Positions 13,864-26,011 of a stretch of 64,000 nucleotides of DNA are shown piece by piece. Numbering within the stretch: position 1 is the stretch's first letter; each line of letters starts with the position of its first letter. The position numbers and the translations under genes were made by a program. The stretch is from Rotaria socialis (Eukaryota): positions 62,001 to 126,000 of the forward strand of contig CAJNYD010000058.1 in the NCBI GenBank assembly GCA_905331295.1. Reading direction: 5' to 3'. Below the pieces are notes generated by a model. It did no database searches. It saw nothing but the letters and a program-made list of their open reading frames with translations, and was not told the origin of the DNA.

Positions 13864-14963
13864 TCAATTCATGGTATTGTTTTTGAACAAAATATGAACA
13901 CTGACCGTCGATATTTTGCATAATAAACTTGTTTACTATATTTATCTGTTTAGACAACGTTTTCTATCGTTTCTTAAAGATATTTTGATTATTCTGCATC
14001 ATCCCAATAAAATACAAAATGAATACTCAAAGTTTCAGAAAATTGAATTCAGCAATTATTTGTTTACAGGAGGTCTGATCAATGAACGCTTTGCAATGAT
14101 CAATGAAAGTTTGGATTATCAATTGTTTTCTTTTTTATTTTCTATAGTGTGGCAGACGATGCAAGGAAACTAAAAAACATGAAAGTTCTTTTTAAGATTA
14201 ATGTTGAAGTTTTGATGAAAATTTTAGAGTCTCAATCTTGATGTTGATAATATTAGACAAATCGTTCAACAATATTTCAATCACGACCGCTTCTTTAACT
14301 ACCATAGGATAGGACATATTTTAGAAGTTATGAAAATATTTTAAAATTTCTAGGTTTTGCATTTGGTGACATGACAATTTTTTCAATGTTATAAGATAAC
14401 ATTGTGTACTTAACACATGTGGCATTTAAATTTGATACATTTCAGTACGATCGGGAGACGGTGGTAATGCACGCATGTATATTGATTTCAATTGTTTTTA
14501 ACAAAACATCTGTTACGGGAAACACAGGAGAACATCTGATAAGTTCTTGATGCTTGTTAGTTGAATTGTCACCTTGCGTGTAATTATCCTAGTAATTTAT
14601 TCGACGTTTGTTCGAATAAAAGGGTGTAATACTGTCTGTATCCAAACCCAAACTCATATACACTCATACAGTTATACCCTTGAACGATTTTAAAGTTTCT
14701 TTTTTCAATACTCAAATTCATTATATAATGCCGAAGCTTTTATTTTTTATTATTTGCAACTTGCCAGATAGTACTGCCATTATTCTAGCATTGATTTAAT
14801 TACATAAATGTTGAGTGAAGAAAAATACAATAAAAAACAAAAGGCCTGCACAATATAAGAAACAAAATACGTTTGCAGGAAGTAGGAAAACAGCAAGTTG
14901 TGGAGAAAGAAACGCATGAATTGCTCGAACTTAGATATTTCAGTATGATGAGTTGCGATCACT

Positions 14964-16085
14964 TTAGTTTTGAAGCTGTTTCGTATTATTTGCATTTAAT
15001 TCGAAATCATTTATGTTAGGTAATACTTTAATGATACCTTTGTATCTTGCATTTGCATCAATGCTCTGTAGAATATTATTTTGACGTTGTCCGGTTGGCA
15101 AGGAAATTTGTACTGGTCGAAAAAGCCTATTAGCCTGAAGTTTTGCTGGTGAACTTTGTATTGCTTTCACTCTATATCTGAGAAATTCGGTATATCTTCT
15201 CGTTCTGTTGATTAAAGTTTTATTATTCCACTGTCTATTGATTTCACTGGGATGTACAATACTGTGCCCACTGGCTCTAATCGAACGAATAATTCTATCA
15301 AGGAAATTAGCTGTGGTTGGCTGATTATCGTGCATCAAAATAAGACCACCTTTTGTTCTACAGATCATTTTAAGGATGTTATTAGTTAAATTATATTCAT
15401 CGACCTGCATAAGATAATCCTTTGAATCAATAGTCCAATGTGCAGGTATAAGTCCTATTTGATTTAAAATTTTCGAAAGTATTCCTTTGCTGTTGATAGC
15501 AGCAGGTGCTATACCGATTCCCCATGGTGCTCGATAGACTGGTTTGAATCCTTTTAGAAGGCCAATTTCTATTAGCTGTGTTGAAATGTTATCAACGATT
15601 GTTTGTAGACGCATTTCATTAATTTTTTCATGCACCCATCCGTGAAGATAAATATCATGTTGAGTGAATAATTCTTCGATTAATGAATAATCTTGTAAGA
15701 GCAAATAGCCTATACGTGGCCTTTCGTATTGATGAACGCTAAGATTATTACAAGCGCTCAAAAAACTTTGAATTGAGGTGCCCAAAACAAAAAATCCAGC
15801 ATTAACTCGATGTAGATTTAAAGTTTTTACGATGAGCGGAGTGTAAGTAGGATGAGGACCATCATCAAATGTAAAAGCTACTTTATATTTTTTGGTACAT
15901 TTGAAAACGATGGGGGCTCGTTTTGGAGACGATTCAATAATAGCTTTGTTGATGATCTTGACGGGAGTTGAAGAAGTTTGAGGCGCATCAGATAAATCCA
16001 ATGACTTAGTATATAAGCGGATGTGTAATATAATGACAACACATATAACTAATTGAATGAGACAAACCAGAGTACGTATATTCAT
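14964..16085 (-). CDS. Polysaccharide deacetylase (CE4/NodB homology) with N-terminal transmembrane segment, intronless
   Basis: All five CE4 motifs are recognisable: TFDDGP, LHGWVH, YRAPWG, DSKDY and ILMHD. Hydrophobic aa 5-22. Confidence 0.9.
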   Translation of the reverse strand: MNIRTLVCLIQLVICVVIILHIRLYTKSLDLSDAPQTSSTPVKIINKAIIESSPKRAPIVFKCTKKYKVAFTFDDGPHPTYTPLIVKTLNLHRVNAGFFVLGTSIQSFLSACNNLSVHQYERPRIGYLLLQDYSLIEELFTQHDIYLHGWVHEKINEMRLQTIVDNISTQLIEIGLLKGFKPVYRAPWGIGIAPAAINSKGILSKILNQIGLIPAHWTIDSKDYLMQVDEYNLTNNILKMICRTKGGLILMHDNQPTTANFLDRIIRSIRASGHSIVHPSEINRQWNNKTLINRTRRYTEFLRYRVKAIQSSPAKLQANRLFRPVQISLPTGQRQNNILQSIDANARYKGIIKVLPNINDFELNANNTKQLQN

Positions 16086-17480
16086 TTTTATGAGTCACAC
16101 TGACGATTTATCTATAGACTTCTGACGATTATTCAATAGAGCATTGACATACATTTTTATTTAAGCAATCGATTAAAAATTTTAATTATTTGAAGTGATT
16201 TATAAATGACTGGTACAGCTTCAATACGAGTGTAACCGATGAACAATAATTATTGGGAGTCGAATATAAATAAGTTGATTCCTAAAAAATAATAGGCAGA
16301 ATGAAAGTTTTCTTTTTTTATTCATCTATTATTACTGTTCTGATAGTTTATTAAATCAAACAAAGGTCAGAGAAGAATGCGTAGTTGATATGAAGTATAT
16401 GTGGGTTTAGCAAAGACTTACATAAGTCACTGACAATCCTCAAACTGTTTACATACTGCAACTCCGTCACATGGTACAACGAAATAGATAAATTTATCAT
16501 CAGTAACCAATGTTGTTTCCTTATGAAATCAAATCGATGCAGAACTAATGTTGAGATTCAATACGTCTAGAAGGAAACTGGAGAAATAATTCAATAGTCG
16601 TATGTGTAACTCATACGAAGTATTTCATTTTTGAGACAAAAGATTAGTTAGAAATTTCGAAGTAAGTGATTCCATACTTAGCGATATTGACTGTGCAAGA
16701 GTCTCATAATCAGACCAATATTTTGCAACAAGATATTGTTAGAAATGACGAAATATCTCCTTAATAAAAACAGTAATTCTAGACTTTTTTCTAATGGAAA
16801 ATATAAAAATATGATTCGCATGATTACATGTTCCGATCCGTATCGAAGTGAAATAGAGCATTAGATCGCTGTGGCTATCCTTAAAAGATTTAGTTGGGTA
16901 ACATAGGACTGAAACATATCTGCAATCACACCACTTCAATAGCTAATAAGCAACACACTGATCATTATGTGTAGAAAAAAGATTTTCTTAATGCGTTCGT
17001 GTACTTAAATTCCAACTCTCTCTCTCTCTATCGATAACACTCATTGTGATGCTAAATGTAGATTAAATGATGACTTTGAGAAACTTTTATTTATTTTTAC
17101 TTCTAAGAAGCTAACCCAAAAAAGACTTATATTTAAGAATAATGCATTATGTAGTCAATCATTTATAATATTATGATTCTTCATCGTCTCAGAATTTTCA
17201 TTAGATTTCTTTCAACTAGAAGATAATTTCAGTATGTGATGCTCATTAAACGATCATTTTCGAAGAATTTCAAGTAATAAAAAGAATTTCGTAGAAAGAA
17301 AAAGAAGTTTCACTCGTTCGAATTTTTCTATATTCAAACTTGAGTCCTCGTTAGCTAGCTGATATTTACGCAGAATAGAAGAAGCTGAATTTTCGAAGGT
17401 TTGAGACTTCAAAAAACTTCAAGTATTATTTCGATTAGATTTACTTCTGAGCGTCGCGTTAACTCAACAAATTTCAGATA

Positions 17481-17566
17481 TGGTGTGCGGGGATGGGGGT
17501 GGGTGTGTTGCTGTAGCTCTGAATGAACATCCACACCACACACCCACACCCACACCCACACCCACA
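17481..17566. repeat. Telomere-like tract: degenerate G-rich arm followed by (CCCACA)4
   Basis: Four perfect CCCACA copies at 17543-17566, preceded by TGGTGTGCGGGGATGGGGGTGGGTGTG in the opposite orientation. Confidence 0.75.
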
Positions 17567-20169
17567 TTGATTACTGCATGATGTTATGAGTTCGGCATTT
17601 CCTTTCAACAAGGTGTGTGTGAACTGACAGATTTTTTCTCTTTCATGACTTTGCCTATATTTCGTCAAAGATTTCACAACTAAGGAAAAACTCTAAGAAT
17701 TTGAAGTCATGGCAACATAAATAATTGACTATCTCAACTAGTTTCATGTAAGTATAATTTGTGTTATTATGACGATGTCGATCGATGAATGAATGAATGA
17801 ACCAGACGCTGATTCAGAAACCGTTAAAAAGTGCAATGCAGGTGATTGTATCCAGCAATGAAGAATGTTTCGATTAAAATTGAAATATAATCGATTTTGT
17901 CGATTTTATTTGTCTTCACACAAAGAAAGTCTCTCAAATCGACTATAATTTCAATATTGTTGCACTAAAATTCAATTGTAATCGAATGATTTTTCAGTAT
18001 TGCACAAAAACAAAGAAATAGGTCAAATAATTAAAATTAAATTGAAGAAATAAAAGAAATATTTAGGAATCCACAGCACAAGGATTTCTCAAAAGGGAAA
18101 TATCATGTTGATCAAAAAGAAAAGAACACAAATATTCTATATTGTACACTAGGGTCGCAATAATCGATGACATATTGTGAAAATCTTAGCTATAGTACAT
18201 CATAAACTTCAATGAAATCGATGAATTTTTACATAGGATATATTTCGCTCCTCCTATTAATTCGAAGAATATTATAATGCGATACACATAGAATGAATTA
18301 CTTGTAACAATGTTTGTATTTCGACGGCAATCGATTGTTGTTTTAGAGCTAATCAACATACAACTGAATATAATCATGTCGAGAAACCTAAATTCTCATT
18401 GCTATAAGTCATCAGAGAGCAAACTGCATGATTACTTTTTTCGATCAGATATGTCTTAATCTCGTCAAGATTGAATGCAGCTTAACGGTCAACAAAATCT
18501 ATAAGAAGAATTTTACTAAAAGCATTTAATTCGAGTACAGCAATTTTTGGACAACTGCTTAGCAAAATACCAGCTAAAATACTGGTTCTTTACTGGAAGA
18601 AAAAGAAAACTTGTACAATTTTCAATATTTCGGTGCATAAAAATCTCAATAAACGAACTTCAATCAATGACTGTCTAATAATACGTACCCTATACATAAC
18701 TCATCTTGCAGACTTGAGCACACAAGATTCATTAGTCGAGAAGAAAAAGAGAAAAAATTCTACTCGATCTTTTATACTCTCTCTACTAATTGTTTTGTAT
18801 TTACTTGAGGGTGTGGGATGACCTATAAAACGAAAGCTATGAATTGTATAGAGACCTGTAATTACTATAATTAGGTAGGAAGACGAGTTCATCTACCCAT
18901 AAATGTTGAAGTTTATTTTAAAGAGTTCTATGTGGTTTTTTCTTTTCCTTATGATCCAGATCGATACATGATCTACTCTAATTCTATTGATTTATAGTTG
19001 TTATATAAACAATAAAATTCAAATTATCATCTATTCAAGGCTAGATGAAAAATTTATATTGAATAAAAAACATGATAAAAATCAGTTCAAACCTGATGCT
19101 GTATTTTTGTAATATGTTTGAATTTCCTTGGCCTTGTGCTTGTTTAATACACTATGTGCGGTGAAATGAGTATTTACATTGTTGAGTATGATGCACCTAT
19201 TTAATTCCAGTTTTGATTATGATTGTAATTGTTTACTTTTGTAGGCATATATCTAAAAAGAAACAAAAAGGATACATTCATTCTAACAAAGTTGTCAATA
19301 CTACGTATGTGCGTTGCTGAGACACTGTGAATCGTACGAACTGTTCGATAAAAATAACACAATAACGTATCTCAAGATTTTTTTATAGGCATGTTAAAAA
19401 TGAAGAGAATTCGAAATTTTTTTTGCCTTTGAATATGGCTTATACTATATTTCTGATGTGTCAATATGATCTATTTTCTATTAATTTGGCTTTTCATTTT
19501 TTGTCTTCTCAGAGAAACTGATAGATATTGAAAGTTATCGAAACTTTGTCTTCCTCGAAAAACATCGAAAAAGACATATTCTGTTGCTGTTATTCAATTT
19601 CAGTGAAAATAAGAGAAAAAAGACTTAATTGGTAAGACCATGGAGCTACAAACATTCAGGTGTAATTTTATTCGACTGTTGGTAAGAAAAAATTGAATTT
19701 TATACTTGAATTTAAATATATAATAGGTGTCTGTGATTTGATAAACATGAATATATTTCATTCTGAATACAAATATAAAAGTATCCAAATTTACCTAGAA
19801 TTTAATGATAATCAGCTAACCTCTTATGCATCGTTTATTACCATCAATTTCGTTTGAGTCAGCATATTAGTAAATGTATCTCTATGTTTCTCGAACTACG
19901 ATAATCAGTAATTATAAAACCTTAATTTAATATAGAATTACTTAAATATCAAACAAAGGTTGGAGCGAATTCTGAAACAGCCACCTAGTGAAGCAACCTT
20001 ACGCAGATGTAAGCATAAAATTGATAAAAGTTATGTAATAGTATTGTGAATGAAAAATAATGATGAAAACTATTGATTTTTTTCTTCTAACGCTTACCTG
20101 ACAGTCATATTTTTTGTCCTATCGACTTGCCAGTACTAGTTTATTTAATGTTTGCCATTCATGCTTCGT

Positions 20170-20195
20170 TCTTTCTTTCTTTCTTTCTTTCTTTC
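20170..20195. repeat. (TTTC)n microsatellite
   Basis: About 6 tandem TTTC units. Confidence 0.9.
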
Positions 20196-20445
20196 ATCCA
20201 GCGGCATTTTTTTTGTAACAGCCTATACCAAGTTTTACTTTTCATCTGTATTTTCATTTTTTCTTCCCTCAATATTTGTTCTACCATTAAATTGCATTCG
20301 AGAGTGTAGTGAAGCAAGAATGAATCGAATAAATCAGCTACTGATGTGTGTTCATCGTATGCAACTGTTATAAAAATATTTACACGCTGAGAAAAACTAA
20401 ACATATCCGTAGTAAACGTTGTAAAGAATTTCATTACTAGTGTTC

Positions 20446-22795
20446 ATGTTCCGATACTATCGTACGTTACTTGTTTTCATTTCTTTGACTTTTTTTATCC
20501 AATTACTTTACTCTATTGTTAAACTTCAAATCAGAAAACAGTCAGGATATTATGGAACATTACGAAATACTCTTGATAAATCATTGCAACAGTTAATAAC
20601 GTCAGTTCTTTGGCCGAACAATGCAACTGTTATCCTCAATGTTCGTCCTAGGAACCACGTGAGTATCACTAAGTAATTTTTTGGTGTTTCGATTGAGTTA
20701 ACAAAAGCAAAGGGAGATAAATACCAATTACATGAGAGTAAACAAAATTAAGGCAAACTCATAATTTAGCACCTCTAGTTGAAGATCTTTCACAGTTGAA
20801 AGCAGTAAGATAGTCTTTCGTTTTTAAATAACAAAAATTACAGACACGCAAACAATCTAGAAATTACCAATAGTGCCGTAAAACTTATTATCTGACAAAC
20901 TTTCAATAAAATTGAAAGTTAGAGAATTTTAAATTCTAGCAGTCTAACTAAATGTGTCTCTTGATTGGTTTCATTAGACAATATGCAGTTCTATACAAGA
21001 ATAAAAACTCTAAATTGTGTCAAATCTAGTTCTATAGCCATAAGACAAATTCCTTCGAAATCAGAATTTATTCTTATGAATGATCATTCTTTTTCACAGA
21101 AATCTTGTTGCTAGATCAAAGTATCATCACAACATGCTGCTGCTAAACTTCGCGAAACATTACCACGGAATATTACTGTCAATATTACCAGAAACAATAC
21201 AAAAAGACCAGATACATTTATCAATGCGTCCTTTATTGAAACACTTGATTTTTCGGTACCTGATATAGACGTCTACTTCAATTTATCCGAGTGTAAAATA
21301 TCATCCACTAGCAATGTTGTTAAAAATTCGGTGAAATATCGAGTAAATGTTAGTACGACGTTAAGCTCATATACTGAAATTGAAAGAAAACATTCTGTTG
21401 ATATTCATTTTGGTGGTCATTGGTATCCATCGGATTGTCAAGCTAAGCAGCGTCTTGCGATAATTATTTGTTATCGACAACGTGAGCAACATTTAAAAAT
21501 GTTTTTAAATCATATGCATTGGTTTCTTAAGCAACAAAAACTTGACTATACGATTATTGTTGTTAATCAACACGGAAAAGAATCATTCAATCGTGGTGCC
21601 TTATTCAATGTTGGATTCGTTGAAGCAATCAAACTCTATCCATTTACATGCTTTATCTTTCATGATGTCGACTTGTTGCCTGAAGACTTGAGAAACATTT
21701 ACAAATGTGGCTCACGCCCGAAACACATGTAAGTAGAATTAGTTATTCGTTGAACCAGCATTTGAATGATAATTATTTTCGCGCGAGGAGGAGTAGCTCA
21801 GTAATACGTTTTCAAAAAGTTTCTGAACAAAACATGTTTTGGATTAAACTGTATAATTTTCATTTTATTCATTTTGTATATTTAAAAGCAAATACAATCT
21901 TGTCGATTGATATCAGGCTCCAGAAGAAAATCATTTAATATGAACAGGATTCAGTTCTCTGAATTCAGTGAACGTAATTGAATTGCAATGAAGGACTTCA
22001 AGCAAATAAGAAAACGTTTTTCATCAATAGTTTGAATAAATCGACTTGTTTCTGTAGCTTTATTTGTTCTCGAAACATTCTAAAATCTGATTTGTAGCAA
22101 GTATAATCATGATTAATTTCGTGGTTTAACTAACTTGTGATAGAAGAAAAACTAAGCAGTAAGCTAAAGATGTTTGATGACATCGGACAATCCGTTTCTA
22201 CATTGCTATGATAGAAAGCCAATTATCGAGTTTATTTAGACGTGTGTTTTTCTTGATCTATTCGCTATAACACGAGTAACTAGAATTGAAATTGTAATAT
22301 TTCAGCTCCTTGAAACTTTCTATTAATTCAACTTTTTTTTCTGTTCTCAGGTCCGTAGCAGTGGACAAGTTCAAGTACAAGTTGCTCTATCCTACATTAT
22401 TTGGTGGTGTAACAGCATTTCATACTGAGGATTTTATTCAAGCCAATGGTTACCCGAATGTTTATTGGGGATGGGGCAATGAAGATGACGATATGTACTT
22501 CCGTGTTATAAAAAATCTGAAAAAAAATATAACACGCTCTCCTATTGAGATTGCCCGATACAAAATGATTCGTACACATGGTCACAAATCAGGCAAAACA
22601 AATCCACATCGTGATACGATACTACATTCCAAATATAACTATAGTCTGGACGGTCTCAATACAATTCAATATAGTCTGCATCAAATTAGATTGTATCATC
22701 TGTTTGTTTTAGTTAATGCTTCACTAGTCGAGGAATCATACGAGCAAATACGTAATCGACTCAATATTGTAAAAAAGTCCAAAAAAAGTAGATGA
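20446..22795 (+). CDS. GT7 beta-1,4-galactosyl/N-acetylgalactosaminyltransferase (B4GALT/bre-4-like), 3 exons (20446-20658, 21100-21728, 22351-22795)
   Basis: Type II transmembrane N-terminus; AIIICYRQREQHL, FNRGALFNVGF, FIFHDVDLLPED, PKHM|SVAVDKF (codon AT|G split across the intron), LFGGV, NGYPNVYWGWGNEDDD and DGLN. Confidence 0.93.
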
Positions 22796-23077
22796 TCCCA
22801 CTAAGCATTGATCATTATACGATTAGATCCGTTGTCGTTATTTTTTTCTGTTAAATTTGTGTCAAATACCTTTGTAATTTTTGAGCCCTAAGTAACTTGA
22901 TGTAGTTGAACTACATTTCTTAGTGTGATCTCTGTTTTTTGCTGGATAATCATTGTCATATATTTATATGGCAACAGTAAATGATTGAATTGCTCCAAAC
23001 TAAAGAGTTCAGTCCTTCCTCTACTTGTTAGAATTATATGACTTTCGTATTCATTTCCTACGCGAGAATATATCCAG

Positions 23078-23096
23078 ACTACTACTACTACTACTA
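23078..23096. repeat. (ACT)n microsatellite
   Basis: About 6 tandem ACT units. Confidence 0.85.
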
Positions 23097-24805
23097 TGAG
23101 AGATAAAGCACAAAATGCTGCAGATGTAATAATCCATCATAATGCACCTATTGTACTTTATGAATTCATCTTCATTTCAAATCAAGCCATGTTGATAGCG
23201 TAGCTATCGCAGACATAATTGTTAATAAATATTATTATGTAATGTGAATAATATTGCATATGATAAACAAAAATGCTAGATTATTCCTCGATTTCTATGA
23301 AATGGTTCAAATAAATGGAAGTTGTCAGCTGATGAAAAACATTCTTGTGTGACTGTCCCAATAATGAATGTGAATTCATATTCGTATAGTTAGCTGCACC
23401 TGTTTGTTTTGTACGATTTAACAATTTCGACTACTGATAGGTGCAGAATCGCATTTTTGTACGAGCATCATGCTCAAACACTTGATTGACTTCATCTATA
23501 ACCATGTTGTTGATTATTAAAAATCTATATTTTTCAATATCAATCATGATGGAATGTTGTAATGTGTATTAGCTTGCTATCCCTCCTTCTAAAATTTATG
23601 AATGACAACTGGATTAGACACGGAATGAATGAAGAGAAGGCAAAATTTAATTGATACGTGTTTGGTTACCTATTGCATGCTATTAATTGATGGTGTCACT
23701 CGATCTTTTTAATATTGTTCTATTTAACTAAAAAAATAGTAATAACAAATACAAGAGTGAAGTCATTAATGATCAAAGTTTATGTAGGCTCTTTAAAGCA
23801 TACATGCTGTCAAGTGTTGTTTCCATTTGTTGTTTAAGCATAGTCATGCACAATTAAGAATGTTTATGTGACGCATTGGCGTTTCCCTACAAGAGAGAAA
23901 AAAATCATATTCTAACCATTTGCTACTTCAGATAACTACATGTTTGTGATCGTCGACTATTTACTTCGATGTCTATAACAGTCAAGTAATAGAGATCGAG
24001 GAACGTAATTTCAAGTCATGCTGAAAATGCTCGATATTATAGTGGTGAACTCAATGTAGTCAAATATATTTTACTCATGTTTTTATTGGTAAAAACTATT
24101 CTAAATAAAATTCTATTGGTATTGGATAGGTTTTAAACAAATAAAACAACAATCTGCATTTTGCTGTAGTAATTATGTTGGTGTTATTGTAAAACATTTC
24201 AATTAGGAGTTTATTGACTTTCAACTTTCTTAATATAGACCTGATGAAAATAATAATAAAAAATGTACGAGTTCAAGTCATTCAAGAAATATTTGAAAAG
24301 CATTTATCATCGCTATGATTATTTCCTTTAATTGAAAAATATGATTAAGATTTCATAAGAAAAGAAGTTTACAATCAATATTAATATTTAGTTTAATATA
24401 AAAATTCTATTTGATTTAGAAGCACTCAGATTAAAATTGGTAAGAATTTTGTCTACCGCAATGAAATGAAATCGAACGATTCTCTATTGTTGCCAAAACA
24501 TTTTTCACGATTTTAAGAAATTCAAGAAAATAGTCGATCTGCCTATGTAATGTTTGACTTTGGGCATGATTTTTACGAAATATTGTTACAATAAAAAGAG
24601 AAACCATTTAAAGTTGAACACGCTACCATGTTGAACGCTTTATTCGAGTCCTAGTGATTTAGAAAATGTACTGAAAGAAAGCAATGAATATTACGTTTTC
24701 AGAAGAAACTTAACGATAATTAGTTGTAATTAGAAGGAAAGATACTTTGATTTTTAAACTGTTCTCGAAGAAACAAAGACAGCATTCCACATCTGAAAAT
24801 AATAT

Positions 24806-26011
24806 TTAATAGATATTAACATTTACCTCATGCGTAGCTGGCAAATGAGTGTTTATGTTGCGTGTTGTCTCGTCTTTATCATCGTCGCTACTGAACATAT
24901 GGTGATGTTTGTCTCGAAGCTCTGGAGCGTAATCAGATGACTTTTTAGATTTGGAGACATTTTTACCTAATATATGAGGAAATAATATTAGTTTCATACA
25001 TATTATTTGTGAATAAAAAGCAACATCCATTGAATTAAATCGTACCATTTTGCTCAATAAGAAAAAAGACATCTTTGTATTAAAATAGACGCTTAAAATG
25101 TGAATATAGTTGTACATGTGTACAAAATAACACTTAAAGCTGTCATTCTTCCGTTACTAAACAAAAGTTGCGCACCAATTACATAGCTGGAAATCAACAA
25201 TTTCATTATATACTACTGCATACAAAAGGAGTTGATTGTATTTTTGTTTACTAATACATTTAAGTCTCAACAAAATTTGGAATAGGAAATGTTCAGTACT
25301 CACCGCCGTTGGCTTGTATGAAATGTTTATCCTCAAGGCAATGTAGTTATATCATTTATCAGGTTTTTATAATTTAAAAAAAGAAAAAAATACTACAATA
25401 CCTGTGCGTCTTGAGTGCCCGTGTTCCTCGTTATTCTTTATTACACCTTCCAATTCGTTGAACTCGCGCTCCAGCGTCATTAGTTCTTCTTTTAAATCAT
25501 TATTTTCAGATCGAAGCGACTTGTTCTCTTTCTCGATGGTATGAAGTCGTGTCAGAATATCTTCGAAAGCTGGTCTCAACGTTTCAAAAACGCAAGCAGA
25601 GTGATGCGATTTTGCTTGGTTTCGTAATCCAACCCAAGGACATTTTAGATCACTAGCTGAACATTTCTGTGGATGATAGAGACAATGGTTTTCCAAGTGA
25701 TCGGCAAAGTCACCACGTCGAATATTTTCGTCTTCACAAGCTAGGCATCGAACAAGAATCTTATCAAGTATATTCATCATACAGTGATTAGCTGGACGAA
25801 GTGCTTTCATCGAGAGTCCACCTTTTCGGCATAAATAGCATTCTGATTTTTTATCGAACCAAGATTTGATGCAAGTTTTGCAAAATGTATGATCGCAGGG
25901 AGTAACTACTGGATCGATAAAAGGATGTGCACAAATAGCACATATAACATGTTCATCGATAGATGATGCATCCATAAAATCATAGCCACGTACGATTCCT
26001 TCTGTAGACAT
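24806..26011 (-). CDS. RING finger + TRAF-type zinc finger + coiled-coil protein (probable E3 ligase); 3' structure uncertain
   Basis: C3HC4 RING (CAIC...PCDHTFCKTC...CYLC), then VRCLAC...DHLENHC...CSASDLKCPWVG...HHSAC and a heptad coiled coil. Donor after 25402 and an in-phase acceptor at 24966. Confidence 0.8.

Noticed and set aside
25283..25315. Possible small internal exon of the RING/TRAF gene (strong gtgagt donor)
   Set aside because: The nearest AG acceptor gives an immediate stop; unresolved without transcripts.
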